A stretch of DNA of 64,000 bases, taken from an uncultured Verrucomicrobiae bacterium (GTDB lineage Bacteria; Verrucomicrobiota; Verrucomicrobiia; Chthoniobacterales; JAFAMB01). The stretch is taken from positions 480,001 to 544,000 of the forward strand of contig CAVXLD010000007.1 in the NCBI GenBank assembly GCA_963762565.1. The letters run 5' to 3'. A model generated the notes under the pieces. That model was not told the DNA's origin. It was given only the letters and a program-made list of their open reading frames with translations, and ran no database searches. A program made the translations under genes and the position numbers. Each line of letters opens with the position of its first letter. The first letter of the stretch is position 1. Of the stretch, positions 18,155 to 28,953 are shown in pieces.

Positions 18155-19975
18155 CTATTTCCGCTGATCCAGTCGCCGATTCAGCTCGAATGCCGCGCTA
18201 ATCAGCGCCATATGAGTGAAGGCTTGCGGAAAATTTCCGAGTTGTTCGGCCGATGGACCTAGCTCTTCTGAGTAGAGGCCGACATGGTTGGCGTATCCGA
18301 GCATCTTTTCGAAAACGAAGCGCGCCTTGTTCACATCGCCGCTGCGAGCCAGGCACTCAATATACCAGAACGAACACATGCAGAATGTGCCTTCTCCACC
18401 TTCCATACCATCGGGGCTCCGGTAACGGTAAACCAGCGAGTCATCGACTAACCGGTTATCCAGCGCCATCAAGGTGGACAACCAGCGAGGATCGGTTGGG
18501 CTGATAAACCTGACCAACGGCGACAACAGGCAAGACGCATCCAGCCAGTCGCTCTTCTTGGTTTGTACGTAACTATTAATGCTTGGATTCCAAAATTCGG
18601 TTTGGATTTGATGATAGATCTGGTCGCGTACCCTTTGCCAATGCACCTGCGGCCCCGGAAGACTGCGCTTATGGATGAGCCGGAGCGCTCGATCCACCGC
18701 CACCCAGCACATCAGACGGCTATAATAAAAGTGCTGCTGGCCGCCGCGCACCTCCCAAATCCCTTCGTCCTGGCGGTCCCAGTTTTCGCAAACCCAATTA
18801 ACGATCTTCACTAGATCAAGCCAAAGCTCGTAACTGATCTGTTGGCCGAATTTGTCGTAGATATAGATCGAATCCAAAAGCTCCCCGTAAATATCCAACT
18901 GCAACTGGCCGGCAGCACCGTTACCGATGCGAACGGGTCGACTATCCCGGTAGCCGGCAAAATGATCCAAGGCTTCTTCCGGGAGCTCATGCCGCCCATC
19001 GATACCGTACATGATTTGTAGGGGACCAACCGCCGCGCTCTCGGCGCATCTGGCTTCCAACCAGCGGATGAAAGCGCCGGCTTCCGCGGTAAAGCCCAAT
19101 CGGCTGAGGGCATATAACGTGAAGCTGGCATCCCGAATCCAGGTGTACCGATAATCCCAGTTGCGCCCGCCACCGACGAACTCCGGTAAGCCGAACGTTG
19201 GAGCTGCCACGATCGAACCGTATCGCCGGCTTGTGAGCAGCTTAAGGACGAGAGCCGATCGATCAACGATCTCTCGCCACCGGCCACTGTACTGGGAACG
19301 CGCAATCCATTTCTGCCAAAAGTTAAGGGTTTGTAGAAATGAGTCTGTCTCTAAGTGGTCCGGCTGCTTCTCTGTTTCGCCAAGCTCAAACTCGAGGACG
19401 AAAAAGGTCTTCTCGCCCGCATTCAATACAAAATCGGCGGTGACATCCCCATCGGTCATCTGAAGGGGCGTTTGCGAGCGCAACCGCAGCGTTGGCAGAT
19501 TGGATGCCTCGGGGATAAAAAGAACTTCCCGCTCTGATAGCCTTTTGACTTCGTGCTTCGCCCTGGCGTAATCGAACCGGGGCTGGCAGATCATTTCAAA
19601 TCTGACTTCGCCACGAATACATTTTGCGCGTCGAATAATTTTTGCCCCTTTGCGAAGCCCCTTCTCAGTCCCGAGTTCGGTGTCGAACACCGGCATGAAA
19701 TCGCTGATTTCGCCCACGCCATCGGGCGAGAGAAAGCGAGTCATGAGAATGTTGGTATTGGGCAGATAGTTCTGTCTAGGCTGGCTATGTTGGAGGCTGG
19801 CAGCGAGTGAAAACCGGCCGCCTTTATCAGGATGGAGTAAGTCAGCGAAAATCGTGGGTGAATCGAAATCGGGAAAACAGCAAAAATCGATGGTCCCATC
19901 GATAGCAACTAAGGCAACCGTCTCCAGGTTTCCGATAATGCCATGGTTCTCGATGGGTAGATAACCGTCGGGCAT
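18155..19975 (-). CDS. Glycoside hydrolase family 15 (trehalase/glucoamylase-like)
   Basis: AAPTFGLPE..GG.RNWDYRYTWIRDA, QLDIYGE, GIWEVR, GLYSEE, GNFPQAFTH. Confidence 0.93.
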   Translation of the reverse strand: MPDGYLPIENHGIIGNLETVALVAIDGTIDFCCFPDFDSPTIFADLLHPDKGGRFSLAASLQHSQPRQNYLPNTNILMTRFLSPDGVGEISDFMPVFDTELGTEKGLRKGAKIIRRAKCIRGEVRFEMICQPRFDYARAKHEVKRLSEREVLFIPEASNLPTLRLRSQTPLQMTDGDVTADFVLNAGEKTFFVLEFELGETEKQPDHLETDSFLQTLNFWQKWIARSQYSGRWREIVDRSALVLKLLTSRRYGSIVAAPTFGLPEFVGGGRNWDYRYTWIRDASFTLYALSRLGFTAEAGAFIRWLEARCAESAAVGPLQIMYGIDGRHELPEEALDHFAGYRDSRPVRIGNGAAGQLQLDIYGELLDSIYIYDKFGQQISYELWLDLVKIVNWVCENWDRQDEGIWEVRGGQQHFYYSRLMCWVAVDRALRLIHKRSLPGPQVHWQRVRDQIYHQIQTEFWNPSINSYVQTKKSDWLDASCLLSPLVRFISPTDPRWLSTLMALDNRLVDDSLVYRYRSPDGMEGGEGTFCMCSFWYIECLARSGDVNKARFVFEKMLGYANHVGLYSEELGPSAEQLGNFPQAFTHMALISAAFELNRRLDQRK

Positions 19976-20020
19976 GGTGGCTAATATAGCCGAGAGTCAG
20001 GGGCGTTAAAGGGGGCGTGC

Positions 20021-20323
20021 GGCGAAACGGCGAAAGGGCGAAAGGGCGATCTGAGGCGCGAAGCGCTGGTCAGATCTTAGCCTAGGCTGAGCCTGCGAGG
20101 CCTAGGTAGAACGGAACAAAACGGGTTAGCGCTGAAAGCGCGAAAGAACCGAGTCGAGTTCCACGCGCGGTCAGCAGCATCGCGATCTTTCGCGCTTTCA
20201 GCGCTAGTCGCATTTCTTGCGCACAGTTCCTAGGCCTCGCAGACTCAGCCTAGAGGCTAAAGTCTGACCAGCGCTTCGCGCCTCAGATCGCCCTTTCGCC
20301 CATTCGCCGATACGCCCACACGC
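20021..20323. repeat. Long inverted REP-like element nested within (GGCGAAA)n arms
   Basis: gggcgatctgaggcgcgaagcgctggtcaga ... tctgaccagcgcttcgcgcctcagatcgccc, inner agcgctgaaagcgcgaaaga/tctttcgcgctttcagcgct. Confidence 0.85.
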
Positions 20324-22192
20324 CTATTTCCCCTCCTCGCTTTTCGCCGCCACGGCTCCATCGCCGGTCGCCGGCGGCTCCTCAACATCCGGTTCCACTG
20401 CTCGGGCGACCGCCGGCCTGCTCTGTTCGCCGGCTAAATGCAGGATTAAGTCGGTCTTAGAGATACTACCGATCAGGTGCTGCGAGTTAAAGTTGTCGAT
20501 TACTGGGAGTCGTTCGGCATTGGTCTCTGAAAACCTACGTAAGGCTTCCGCTGTCCCCTGAAGCGGCGAAATGCGCGGAAAATTTTCATCCATGATATCC
20601 GAAGCAATAACCACGGTCTCTAGCTCGGGGCGATCCAAAAAGGCCTTCACGTCGTGGAGCGAGATCGCACCGAGAAATCTCCGCGTGCTGTCCACCACAT
20701 AGAGGTGCTGGAACTGGAATTGAAGAAAAGTCCGGGCTACTTCAGCGAAGCTGGCTTGTTCCGGCAAGGTGATCGGGTCGGTCCGAATTAGGTCTGTCAC
20801 GCTGACTTCCGCCAACTGCGAATTGAAGAACGCAGCTCCCTTTCGTTCCAGCGATTCGCCGTACATGAAGCGGCGTTCGAAAATGCTGCTGCAGTAGTAA
20901 CCCAGCACACACGCCACCATCAAAAAAGGCACAATGGGATAGCTGAGGGTCAGCTCAAACACCATCAGGATAGCCATGATAGGCGCTCCGCTTGCAGCCG
21001 AGAGAAACGCGCCCATACCCACCAAGCCGTAGATATCAGGATCTGGCCGAAGCGCCGGAAACAGCAGCAGCACCGTCTGACCGTAGAGAAACCCGAGTGC
21101 GGATCCAACGAAAAGGGTAGGAGTAAAAACGCCTCCCACTGCGCCGGAACCGAACGTAGCCGAGGTGGCCACCAGTTTGGCAATCACGAGCAATAGAATC
21201 GTATCAAAATCCCAATTCTGGTGGAAAAGAGAGCTCAGCACATCTTGGCCATTCCCGCAGACTTGAGGCAAAAAGATTGCTATGGCCCCGACAATCGCGC
21301 CGCCAATGGCCATTTTGATCGGAGCCGGAAGCCGAAGTTTAGAGAAGAGTTTTTCAGAGCGGCGTAACAGCTGCAAGTAGACAGGAGCTAGGAATCCGAG
21401 CAATAGGCCCATGAGACAAATTGGAATGGCCTCCCAACGAGAGTGGAACTCGAGATCCGGTGATTGATAAAGAGCACTCGCTCCATGAATGGCCCGGGTT
21501 GTAAAAGTTGCGACGACCGAGGCCAGGACCAGCGGTCCAAGAGATTCCACCACAACCGTCCCCAGAATGATCTCAGCGACGAAGAAGGCGCCGGCAATGG
21601 GTGCATTGTAGGCACTGGCGATCCCGGCGGCGGCGCCACAAGCAACCATTTGCCGTTTTTGCGGGACTGGACAATTTCGGAGCCGGCCAGCCAGGGAAGC
21701 CAACAACGAAGAAAGTTGAACTAACGGGCCTTCCCGGCCAATTGACGCCCCGCTGCTGATCGAAAATAGGGCGGAAATGGTTTTTACCAGACTGGCTCGG
21801 AACGAGATTTTTCCGTTTCCGACTACCACCGCCTCCATGTAATCGGTAGTCGATTTTTGACGGATGCTGCCGATCATTCGATTACCAATCCAGAGCGTAA
21901 AACCGCCGAGCAGCCCTCCGGCGATCGGAACCACAAAACGTTGCCAGAGCGGCAGGTCTTCGAAACTGGTGACGATGCTGGTCATGTGACCTGTTCCTAG
22001 GAACTGCAGAAATTCGGTTGCCTTCCTGAATGATTCCGCTGCCAGAGCTCCAAAAAATCCGATGAGTGCGGCCCAGACCAGTGTTACCTGGCGTTCGCTT
22101 AGGCGAAGATGTTCGACGATCCAGACCTTTAAGAGCAGGAGGCGCCGCAGGGCCGGGGTGAGGCGGGCGCGCGATCCGGACTTGTTGTCCAT
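20324..22192 (-). CDS. ClC-family chloride channel/H+ antiporter with CBS pair
   Basis: GREGP, GxFxP (GGVFTP), YNAPIAG motifs, multiple TMs, C-terminal CBS domains. Confidence 0.92.
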   Translation of the reverse strand: MDNKSGSRARLTPALRRLLLLKVWIVEHLRLSERQVTLVWAALIGFFGALAAESFRKATEFLQFLGTGHMTSIVTSFEDLPLWQRFVVPIAGGLLGGFTLWIGNRMIGSIRQKSTTDYMEAVVVGNGKISFRASLVKTISALFSISSGASIGREGPLVQLSSLLASLAGRLRNCPVPQKRQMVACGAAAGIASAYNAPIAGAFFVAEIILGTVVVESLGPLVLASVVATFTTRAIHGASALYQSPDLEFHSRWEAIPICLMGLLLGFLAPVYLQLLRRSEKLFSKLRLPAPIKMAIGGAIVGAIAIFLPQVCGNGQDVLSSLFHQNWDFDTILLLVIAKLVATSATFGSGAVGGVFTPTLFVGSALGFLYGQTVLLLFPALRPDPDIYGLVGMGAFLSAASGAPIMAILMVFELTLSYPIVPFLMVACVLGYYCSSIFERRFMYGESLERKGAAFFNSQLAEVSVTDLIRTDPITLPEQASFAEVARTFLQFQFQHLYVVDSTRRFLGAISLHDVKAFLDRPELETVVIASDIMDENFPRISPLQGTAEALRRFSETNAERLPVIDNFNSQHLIGSISKTDLILHLAGEQSRPAVARAVEPDVEEPPATGDGAVAAKSEEGK

Positions 22193-22198
22193 AGCAGC

Positions 22199-22648
22199 CT
22201 ATGCCGCGGCGAACGCTTTCAGGAATTCTTCGATATTCGTCGTCCCCATCAGCCGGTCCAGCACGTTCTCTCCTCGAAGGTGACGGGCAAGAAAGGAGGT
22301 CAGTTCCAGATACTCGGCTACCGCCTTTTTGGGCGCACCGATTAGAAGCACGAGTCTGGCCGACCCGGCCGAGAACGGGATTGGTTGCGGCGAAATTCCA
22401 ATTACGATCACAATGCCGCGTACGCTGTCGGTTCTGGCATGTGGGAAGGCGACACCCATTGGTAGGAAGGGTGGATCCACTTTTTGCCGTTCAATGATGG
22501 CCCGGTCGAGTTCAGCTAGATCGGCGACTAACGGGTTGGTCTTTAGTTCTTCCAACAAGCGTCTAATCGCTTCGGTCTCCGAACTTGCAGTCAGCGGGTT
22601 CACTAAGGCGGCTGAACGCAGCGACTCAATCGTTTTCGTATTGATCAA
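22199..22648 (-). CDS. PTS EIIA type-2 (Ntr/Fru-like) domain protein
   Basis: GVAFPHAR phospho-His motif; TTG start with purine-rich RBS assumed. Confidence 0.8.
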   Translation of the reverse strand: MINTKTIESLRSAALVNPLTASSETEAIRRLLEELKTNPLVADLAELDRAIIERQKVDPPFLPMGVAFPHARTDSVRGIVIVIGISPQPIPFSAGSARLVLLIGAPKKAVAEYLELTSFLARHLRGENVLDRLMGTTNIEEFLKAFAAA

Positions 22649-22959
22649 CTCTCTTTCTCCCAGGATTCTTCCTAACAGGATAGCACGCCACACGCGAGTG
22701 GGTAAGCGGTTTGCGTTCGGCGTGTAACGTTTGGCGTTCGGCGTTCGGCGAGGCGTGTGGGCGAACGGGCGCTGTGGGCACTCGCCCATCTCGGGAGAAA
22801 TCAACAGACGGGACCCATAGGACCTGTTGAACTAACGAGAGAATCAGTCGCACAAGTCCCATTTGTCCATAAGTCCCATCCGTTAACAGCGTCGCACGCA
22901 CCTGATACCAACACGCGCCCTTTTGCCCACACGCAACGCCAACGCCGAACGCCAAACGC

Positions 22960-23763
22960 CTACCCAAATAGCCGGTCACTGTTCTCTGCGCAGATTTTTA
23001 CTAGATCGGGCAAGTCGACTTTCCGCAGCGAAGCCAACGCAGTGTAGACCGCTTTGATATTTCCAGGGTGGTTAATAGTCTCGCCGTTTGATGCCGGAGG
23101 TAGCCGGAATTCGCCGTGACTGTCGGGCAAGGGCATCGACGGTGCATCAGTTTCGACCAGTAACCGATCCGGACGAATCTGGCGGAACGGCGACAAACGC
23201 TGTTCTTTGCCTGGGTTCAAAAAATATCCCGAGAAAGAAAAATAAGCGCCAATCTCGGTGAACGGTCCGACTAACTCGGAGGGACCGCTATAGGCGTGTA
23301 ACAGAAACCCTCGCGCCGGGAGCCGCTCCGAAGAAAGAAGGTCGAACAGCTCTTCCCAAGCATGCAAACAATGAATCGTGATGGCGCGCTGGTTACGTTC
23401 AGCAATCTCGAGGCTATGCCGGAGGATCTCGGTTTGAGCCGGGAGATCTGGATCCGGCATCCAGAGATCAAGCCCAACCTCGCCCACATGCGCCTTTGGG
23501 TCCGCAATCAGGCGTTGTTCCAGGCGGTCTTCCCAACCTGTTTGTTTCTTAATCAGATACCAAGGATGTAGCCCATAACTGGGTGTTACAAACCGGTATC
23601 GCCCCGACAAATCCCTGATTAAATCCCAATCTTCTTCGGTGATCCCATTGACAATCATCCGTTTGACTCCAAGGCGTCCGCAGGCTGGAATTACTTGACC
23701 CAAAAACGGCTCCAAATTTTTTGCCTGGAGATGATTGTGGGCGTCGATGTAGCCGGCACTCAT
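22960..23763 (-). CDS. tatD: TatD family nuclease
   Basis: DAHNH, GLHPW, VGEVGLD, IHC, LHAYSG, LVETDAP. Confidence 0.9.
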   Translation of the reverse strand: MSAGYIDAHNHLQAKNLEPFLGQVIPACGRLGVKRMIVNGITEEDWDLIRDLSGRYRFVTPSYGLHPWYLIKKQTGWEDRLEQRLIADPKAHVGEVGLDLWMPDPDLPAQTEILRHSLEIAERNQRAITIHCLHAWEELFDLLSSERLPARGFLLHAYSGPSELVGPFTEIGAYFSFSGYFLNPGKEQRLSPFRQIRPDRLLVETDAPSMPLPDSHGEFRLPPASNGETINHPGNIKAVYTALASLRKVDLPDLVKICAENSDRLFG

Positions 23764-23991
23764 ATGGGCGGGTTCGCTTCCTCGGAGAAATGGCGGATTA
23801 AGCAGTAAGCAGTAAGCGGTAAGCAGCAGAGGAGCCACGCGCCAGAATCCAGGCGCCAGGAGGTCATGAGGTCCTCGGCGAAACACGCGATGCATACGCG
23901 TCCACCCAGCGCATCTCCCGGCTCCCTCTACTGCTTACTGCTCACTGTGCTCACTTGTATTGGTCCTAGCGGTGTGCAGCTCCAATGTGCG

Positions 23992-24408
23992 TCACTCCCC
24001 AATAACCTTGACCAGCACGCGCTTCCTCCTTCTACCGTCGAATTCGCCGTAGAAGATTTCCTCCCAAGGACCGAAATCGAGTTTACCTTCTGTAACCGCA
24101 ACCACCACTTCGCGTCCCATGATGGTGCGTTTGAGATGAGCGTCGGCGTTGTCCTCCGCGCCGTTGTGCTCGTACTGGTCGTACGGCTTTTCGGGGGCTA
24201 ATTTTTCCAGCCAAACATCAAAGTCTCGGTGCAGGCCCGATTCGTTGTCGTTGATAAAGACGCTTGCCGTAATATGCATGGCGTTTACCAGGACCAATCC
24301 TTCCTGGATGCCGCTTTCACGCAGACATTGATTGATCTGCGGCGTAATCCGCAAAAACTCACGCCGCTTTTTGGTCTCGAACCAAAGTTCTTTCCGATAG
24401 CTTTTCAT
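23992..24408 (-). CDS. yjbQ: YjbQ/UPF0047 family protein
   Basis: [21 protein letters not shown]...EFDG.R. Confidence 0.9.
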   Translation of the reverse strand: MKSYRKELWFETKKRREFLRITPQINQCLRESGIQEGLVLVNAMHITASVFINDNESGLHRDFDVWLEKLAPEKPYDQYEHNGAEDNADAHLKRTIMGREVVVAVTEGKLDFGPWEEIFYGEFDGRRRKRVLVKVIGE

Positions 24409-24413
24409 GGGTG

Positions 24414-24675
24414 GTAGGGCGAAAATCTCGGCGCGCCCACGATTCCCCTTCTCGATGCGGCATCCCGCGCCGGATTTGAGCCGCTCCGTGCGCATGCTTT
24501 CGCCTAAGAACAATGTCGTGTCCACCCCGTCCCATTCAACGCGACACACGGATTCATGGCGCCACTCAAACAGTAACGCCATGGGCAGAGGCCAACCGCA
24601 CGGCGCGGCTCAAATCCGGCGCGGACAACCGATGTTAGCTGGCACACCGTCGACGCGCCGAGATTTTCGCCCTAC
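24414..24675. mobile_element. Non-autonomous REP-pair (REPIN-like) element of the GTAG family
   Basis: gtagggcgaaaatctcggcgcgcc...gcgccggatttgagccgc ... gcggctcaaatccggcgc...gcgccgagattttcgccctac, same as the RAYT flanks at 62106-62883. Confidence 0.85.
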
Positions 24676-24788
24676 CGGCCGCCATTCGCCCATTCGCCGT
24701 TTCGCCAACTACACCACATCCCCATTCGCCGTTGTCTTATCGGCCACTTTCGGCTTCGATCACACTGATCCGGAGATTTCGGACACCT

Positions 24789-25514
24789 ATGGAGCTTTTG
24801 AGTTGGATCACAGAACCGAACCTTTGGGCGAGCCTGGCCACGCTCACTTGTCTAGAAGTTGTCCTCGGCATCGACAATGTCGTCTTCATTTCCATCGTAA
24901 CCGGCAACCTGCCGGAACGAGATCAGCCCAAAGCCCGTGTGGCCGGCATAACGTTGGCATTGCTGACCCGAGTACTGCTGTTGTTCTGTATTTCTTGGTT
25001 AACGACCCTGACCGCGCCCTGGTTTCACCTTTTTGAAAGAACTTGGTCTGCCAAGGATATCGTGCTGCTGGCCGCGGGGCTCTTTCTGATTGGGAAGGGT
25101 ACTCGCGACATCCACGAACGGCTCGAAAACGTAGAACGACGTGTGACCAAGCCAACCCATGGTCGAGTATGGGCAGTTGCATTCCAGATCATGTTTCTCG
25201 ACATTTTATTCTCGTTCGATTCCGTGATTACCGCCGTCGGTATGGCTCAACAATTGGCTGTGATGGTGACGGCAATTGTATTGGCGATGTTGTTGATGTT
25301 GGCCGCATCCGGCGCGATCAGCCGGTTTGTCAACCAGCATCCCACCATCAAGATGCTGGCGCTCGCCTTTCTGATCCTAATCGGCGTGCTGCTCGTGGCT
25401 GAAGGCCTTGGCCAGCATGTCGATAAAGGATACATCTATTTTGCCATGGCCTTCTCAACACTGGTCGAGATGCTGAATCTGCGTGCCGGACGGCGAACCG
25501 AAGGTGAGAAGTGA
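24789..25514 (+). CDS. terC: TerC family membrane protein
   Basis: LEVVLGIDN, DILFSFDSVITAVGM, HPTIKMLAL, KGYIYFAMAFS. Confidence 0.9.
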   Translation: MELLSWITEPNLWASLATLTCLEVVLGIDNVVFISIVTGNLPERDQPKARVAGITLALLTRVLLLFCISWLTTLTAPWFHLFERTWSAKDIVLLAAGLFLIGKGTRDIHERLENVERRVTKPTHGRVWAVAFQIMFLDILFSFDSVITAVGMAQQLAVMVTAIVLAMLLMLAASGAISRFVNQHPTIKMLALAFLILIGVLLVAEGLGQHVDKGYIYFAMAFSTLVEMLNLRAGRRTEGEK

Positions 25515-25662
25515 GAGGTGAGAGGTGTAGCGTGTCGGGTAAAGATGCGCCGCCAGGTGTGTTGGGGTGATCGTACTGAATTGCCGGTGTGAGTGGTGCT
25601 GTCCGTTTCGTGAAATACCTCTCACTTCTCACCAATCACTTCTCACCTCTCACATGCGAGGC

Positions 25663-26160
25663 TCAGCCGAGCGTCAGCCGCCCATCGCTCTCCAGCATCT
25701 CGGCCAGCCGCTTCCAACCGGCATCATCCATCATAAGGAACAGATGGAGATAGATAGTCACCACTTCTGGAGAATGATGTTGGAGAATTAGATCGACGGC
25801 GCTTTGCAGCTTCTCCGGCTCTGGCTCCGGCGGCAATTGATCGACCACGCCCTTGCCGTCATGCTTGATTTGGAGGGCATCGAGAAATTCGCAGATTAAG
25901 GGTTGTTGAGCTCCTAAAAGCCAGATCTGCAGAACCTGTGTCGCTAGATCGTCTGCCGGCTTACGAGCTAGCGCCTGCTGTAGCCAGGTATGCCGCTCCG
26001 GCTTCGGTTTTCGCTCGATGAAGACTGGCCGCAGCTTTCTTTGGCCGGCTAGATTCTGGATTACAGCGCGGTAGACCGGTTTTTCCTTTTCTAGAAGATA
26101 CCCAAAAATGTCATTGGCGAGTTGGAAGGAACAGTGACCAAAAATCTCGTAGCTCGTCAT
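25663..26160 (-). CDS. Hypothetical protein
   Basis: 165 aa globular-looking ORF, ATG start, between terC and rlmN. Confidence 0.65.
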   Translation of the reverse strand: MTSYEIFGHCSFQLANDIFGYLLEKEKPVYRAVIQNLAGQRKLRPVFIERKPKPERHTWLQQALARKPADDLATQVLQIWLLGAQQPLICEFLDALQIKHDGKGVVDQLPPEPEPEKLQSAVDLILQHHSPEVVTIYLHLFLMMDDAGWKRLAEMLESDGRLTLG

Positions 26161-26354
26161 ACGTCAAGGCATCGCTTAATGCTCATCCTTATGACAAATT
26201 GCAAATGACAAAGCGCGCTCGGATCAAGAATCTTCGAAAGATTCTTGATCCGAGCGCGCTACTAGCCTGCAACTCCCGCAAGTCCGCAGGTCGGGCGGAG
26301 CTGCCCCCAGACATACGGATTTGCGGGAGTTGCAGGCTCGAGCGACTTTGTCTG

Positions 26355-27446
26355 ATGAACGAAACTCGGCCAGCCATCCTCGATTTATCTCCGGCTGAGC
26401 TCGTTTCTTGGTTGGGGGAGCGAGGCCAACCCAGTTATCGCGCAGATCAGATCTTCGAATGGATCTATCGAAAACGGGTTACCGAGTTCGCTCGGATGTC
26501 GAATCTATCGGAGCCATTGCGTGCCGAACTCCAAAATCATTTCCAGCTGTTTGGTTTACAGAAAGTCCGGCAGACCGGCTCCGAAGATTCGACCCGCAAA
26601 TTCCTTTTCGCGCTGGTGGATGGGAATCTGATCGAGACAGTTCTTATTCCGGCTAGCCCAGATTTATATGGTACGGCAGCGGATCGGAAAACGCTTTGCG
26701 TATCGACCCAGGTGGGTTGCGCTTACGGATGCAAGTTCTGCGCTAGTGGGTTAGACGGCTGGACTCGTAACCTTCGGTCGGGTGAAATCGTCGAACAAAT
26801 TATACAGGTCGAAACCGAAACCGGTGAAAAGGTTAACAACATCGTATTCATGGGTATGGGAGAGCCGCTAGCGAATTTTGAACAGCTCCTGCGAGCGGTT
26901 AAAACGATCAATGCGGACTGGGGTATCGGTATCGGCGCCCGGCACATGACGGTCTCGACCAGCGGGTTGGCGCCCCGCATTCGTGAGCTGGCCGATCAAC
27001 CGCTGCAGATTCGGCTAGCGATCTCGTTGCACGGTGCAACCGACGAGGTTCGGGGCCAGATCATGCCGGTGAATCGCAAATATCCGCTGGCGGAATTGAT
27101 GGACGCTTGCGCCTACTATTCAAGTCGGAAAAAGCAACGGATAACGTTCGAGTTTATTTTAATTAAGGGAGTAAACGACAGTTTGGACCAAGCTGAGAAG
27201 CTTGCCCGGCTGGCCAGGCGGATTGAGGCTAAGGTCAATCTGATTCCCTACAACCAGGTGCACGGTCTTAATTGGACCCGTCCTTCAAACAACCGCCAGA
27301 CCGCTTTTTTGCAAGCTCTGCGCAGCCGCGGCATCGATGCTACCATTCGCCGCGAAAAGGGGCACGATATTGACGCGGCTTGCGGCCAACTCCGGTTGCA
27401 AACGGTGCGTGATAAAACCTTTGCAGCGGTTTCCGAGGTGAGATAA
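26355..27446 (+). CDS. rlmN: 23S rRNA/tRNA m2A methyltransferase RlmN
   Basis: CVSTQVGCAYGCKFC, MGMGEP, SLHG, VNLIPYN, DIDAACGQL. Confidence 0.96.
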   Translation: MNETRPAILDLSPAELVSWLGERGQPSYRADQIFEWIYRKRVTEFARMSNLSEPLRAELQNHFQLFGLQKVRQTGSEDSTRKFLFALVDGNLIETVLIPASPDLYGTAADRKTLCVSTQVGCAYGCKFCASGLDGWTRNLRSGEIVEQIIQVETETGEKVNNIVFMGMGEPLANFEQLLRAVKTINADWGIGIGARHMTVSTSGLAPRIRELADQPLQIRLAISLHGATDEVRGQIMPVNRKYPLAELMDACAYYSSRKKQRITFEFILIKGVNDSLDQAEKLARLARRIEAKVNLIPYNQVHGLNWTRPSNNRQTAFLQALRSRGIDATIRREKGHDIDAACGQLRLQTVRDKTFAAVSEVR

Positions 27447-27455
27447 TGGTCGCGT

Positions 27456-28085
27456 ATGGCTGATTTCTTCGATGAGCCAGAGCGGGCCTGGGACGAGTAC
27501 GACTGGGAACGCTTTTTACAACAGCAGGACAGCAAGACCGAGCGCTACATGGAGCTGTTCGAGAAATACATCGACGATCCGAACCGCGACCAAATCATTG
27601 CGCGCGAGATGGGTTGGCCTCACTTGTTGGAGCCGGCAATTGAAGATTTGGAAGAGTTGGAAATCGGCGAGGAAGACGAGTCGGAAGACGACGACAGCCT
27701 CAGAGAGTCTTTCGAGTCGCATCCTTTGTATCAAAGCGCGTTCTCGCTAACCGTCTGGATCGATCAACTGTTTGATGAGGTTCACGGGGTCGCTTCAAAC
27801 CCGGTTGGAGTAAAACTGGCGTCTCATGTGGCGGTGGCCAGCGCTAAGTTGGCGGCAGCTCTGAGCGACCAAGAGAGCGAAGAGATCGGGATGACGATCG
27901 CTTATCTGAAACGAGCCCTACGAGCGATTTCTACGGCGATTGAAGCTGCCACCCAGTTGGACCGGGACGGTCTGGTTAAACGCCCGCAGTTCGATGATTT
28001 GTTGCACCGCTTGTTTCACGTGAGAGACAGCATCATCGTCATGATGGGTGAGCTCCGGGCAGAATGGCGTCGGCGCTACGGCTAG
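27456..28085 (+). CDS. Acidic hypothetical protein
   Basis: 209 aa ORF 9 bp after rlmN, WDEYDWE motif, helical. Confidence 0.7.
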   Translation: MADFFDEPERAWDEYDWERFLQQQDSKTERYMELFEKYIDDPNRDQIIAREMGWPHLLEPAIEDLEELEIGEEDESEDDDSLRESFESHPLYQSAFSLTVWIDQLFDEVHGVASNPVGVKLASHVAVASAKLAAALSDQESEEIGMTIAYLKRALRAISTAIEAATQLDRDGLVKRPQFDDLLHRLFHVRDSIIVMMGELRAEWRRRYG

Positions 28086-28311
28086 ACAGGCTCGGAATAG
28101 CAAATTGCAAATAGCAGATAGCAAATTCTTCCCTAGGGAAGATCTGGAAAAAGCGGCCGCTTAATGCGCGTGGTACGAAGATGAATTTGTCTGATTAAAA
28201 CTGTTTTTAAAGAAGCGGAAGAATTTCCCGGCGTAGCCGGAAGATTCTTCCGCCGTAGCCTGCAGCTTTCGCAAATGCCTGCGCATTTGCGAAAGCTGCA
28301 GGCTTATTTGA

Positions 28312-28953
28312 ATGAATTTTGAAGGACGCACGTCTGTATTGTCTGTAAGTGGTGGCGGCTTCGGTGAGTCTGTCGAGCAGGATGACATTGCTCTAGTCCG
28401 GCGGTGTCAAAAAGGGGATGCCCTCGCCTTCGAACAGCTGGTCATCAAATACCGGAGCAAGGTCTTTTCGATGATTTACGGAATGGTCCAGAACGAACAG
28501 GATGCCTGGGACCTGGCGCAGGAAGGCTTCATCAAGGCTTGGCGCTCGATCCACCGGTTCAAAGGACAGGCCTCTTTTTATACCTGGCTCTACCGCATAG
28601 TGACCAACGTGGCGATCGATTCGCTCCGGCGAAAGGGTTTTAAGAAAACCGCTGAATTCGACGACGAGATAGCAGCTACTCAAGTTGAGCCGAGTTCGAA
28701 GACCATGCCGCGTCCGGACCCGATGCCGCATCAAGGGTTAGAACGCGAAGAAATCCGGCAACGCATCGAGCACGCCATTAATAAACTTTCACCTGAACAT
28801 CGGGCCGTCATTGTGATGAAGGAAATTGAGGAACTTCAATACAATGAGATTGCCGAGGCCCTGGGATGCTCGATCGGGACGGTGATGTCTCGCCTCTTCT
28901 ATGCGCGGAAGAAACTGCAGACTCTGCTGAGGGACGTCTATGAAAACCTTTGA
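28312..28953 (+). CDS. ECF RNA polymerase sigma factor (RpoE/SigW-like)
   Basis: DAWDLAQEGFIKAW, FYTWLYRI..N, Y.EIA..L.CSIGTVMSRLFYAR. Confidence 0.93.
   Translation: MNFEGRTSVLSVSGGGFGESVEQDDIALVRRCQKGDALAFEQLVIKYRSKVFSMIYGMVQNEQDAWDLAQEGFIKAWRSIHRFKGQASFYTWLYRIVTNVAIDSLRRKGFKKTAEFDDEIAATQVEPSSKTMPRPDPMPHQGLEREEIRQRIEHAINKLSPEHRAVIVMKEIEELQYNEIAEALGCSIGTVMSRLFYARKKLQTLLRDVYENL

Noticed and set aside
22649..22804. N-terminal extensions in the ORF track (also tatD, yjbQ, rlmN, 48271, 55576, 58883, 60339, 62819)
   Set aside because: They run through repeat DNA; downstream starts match family lengths
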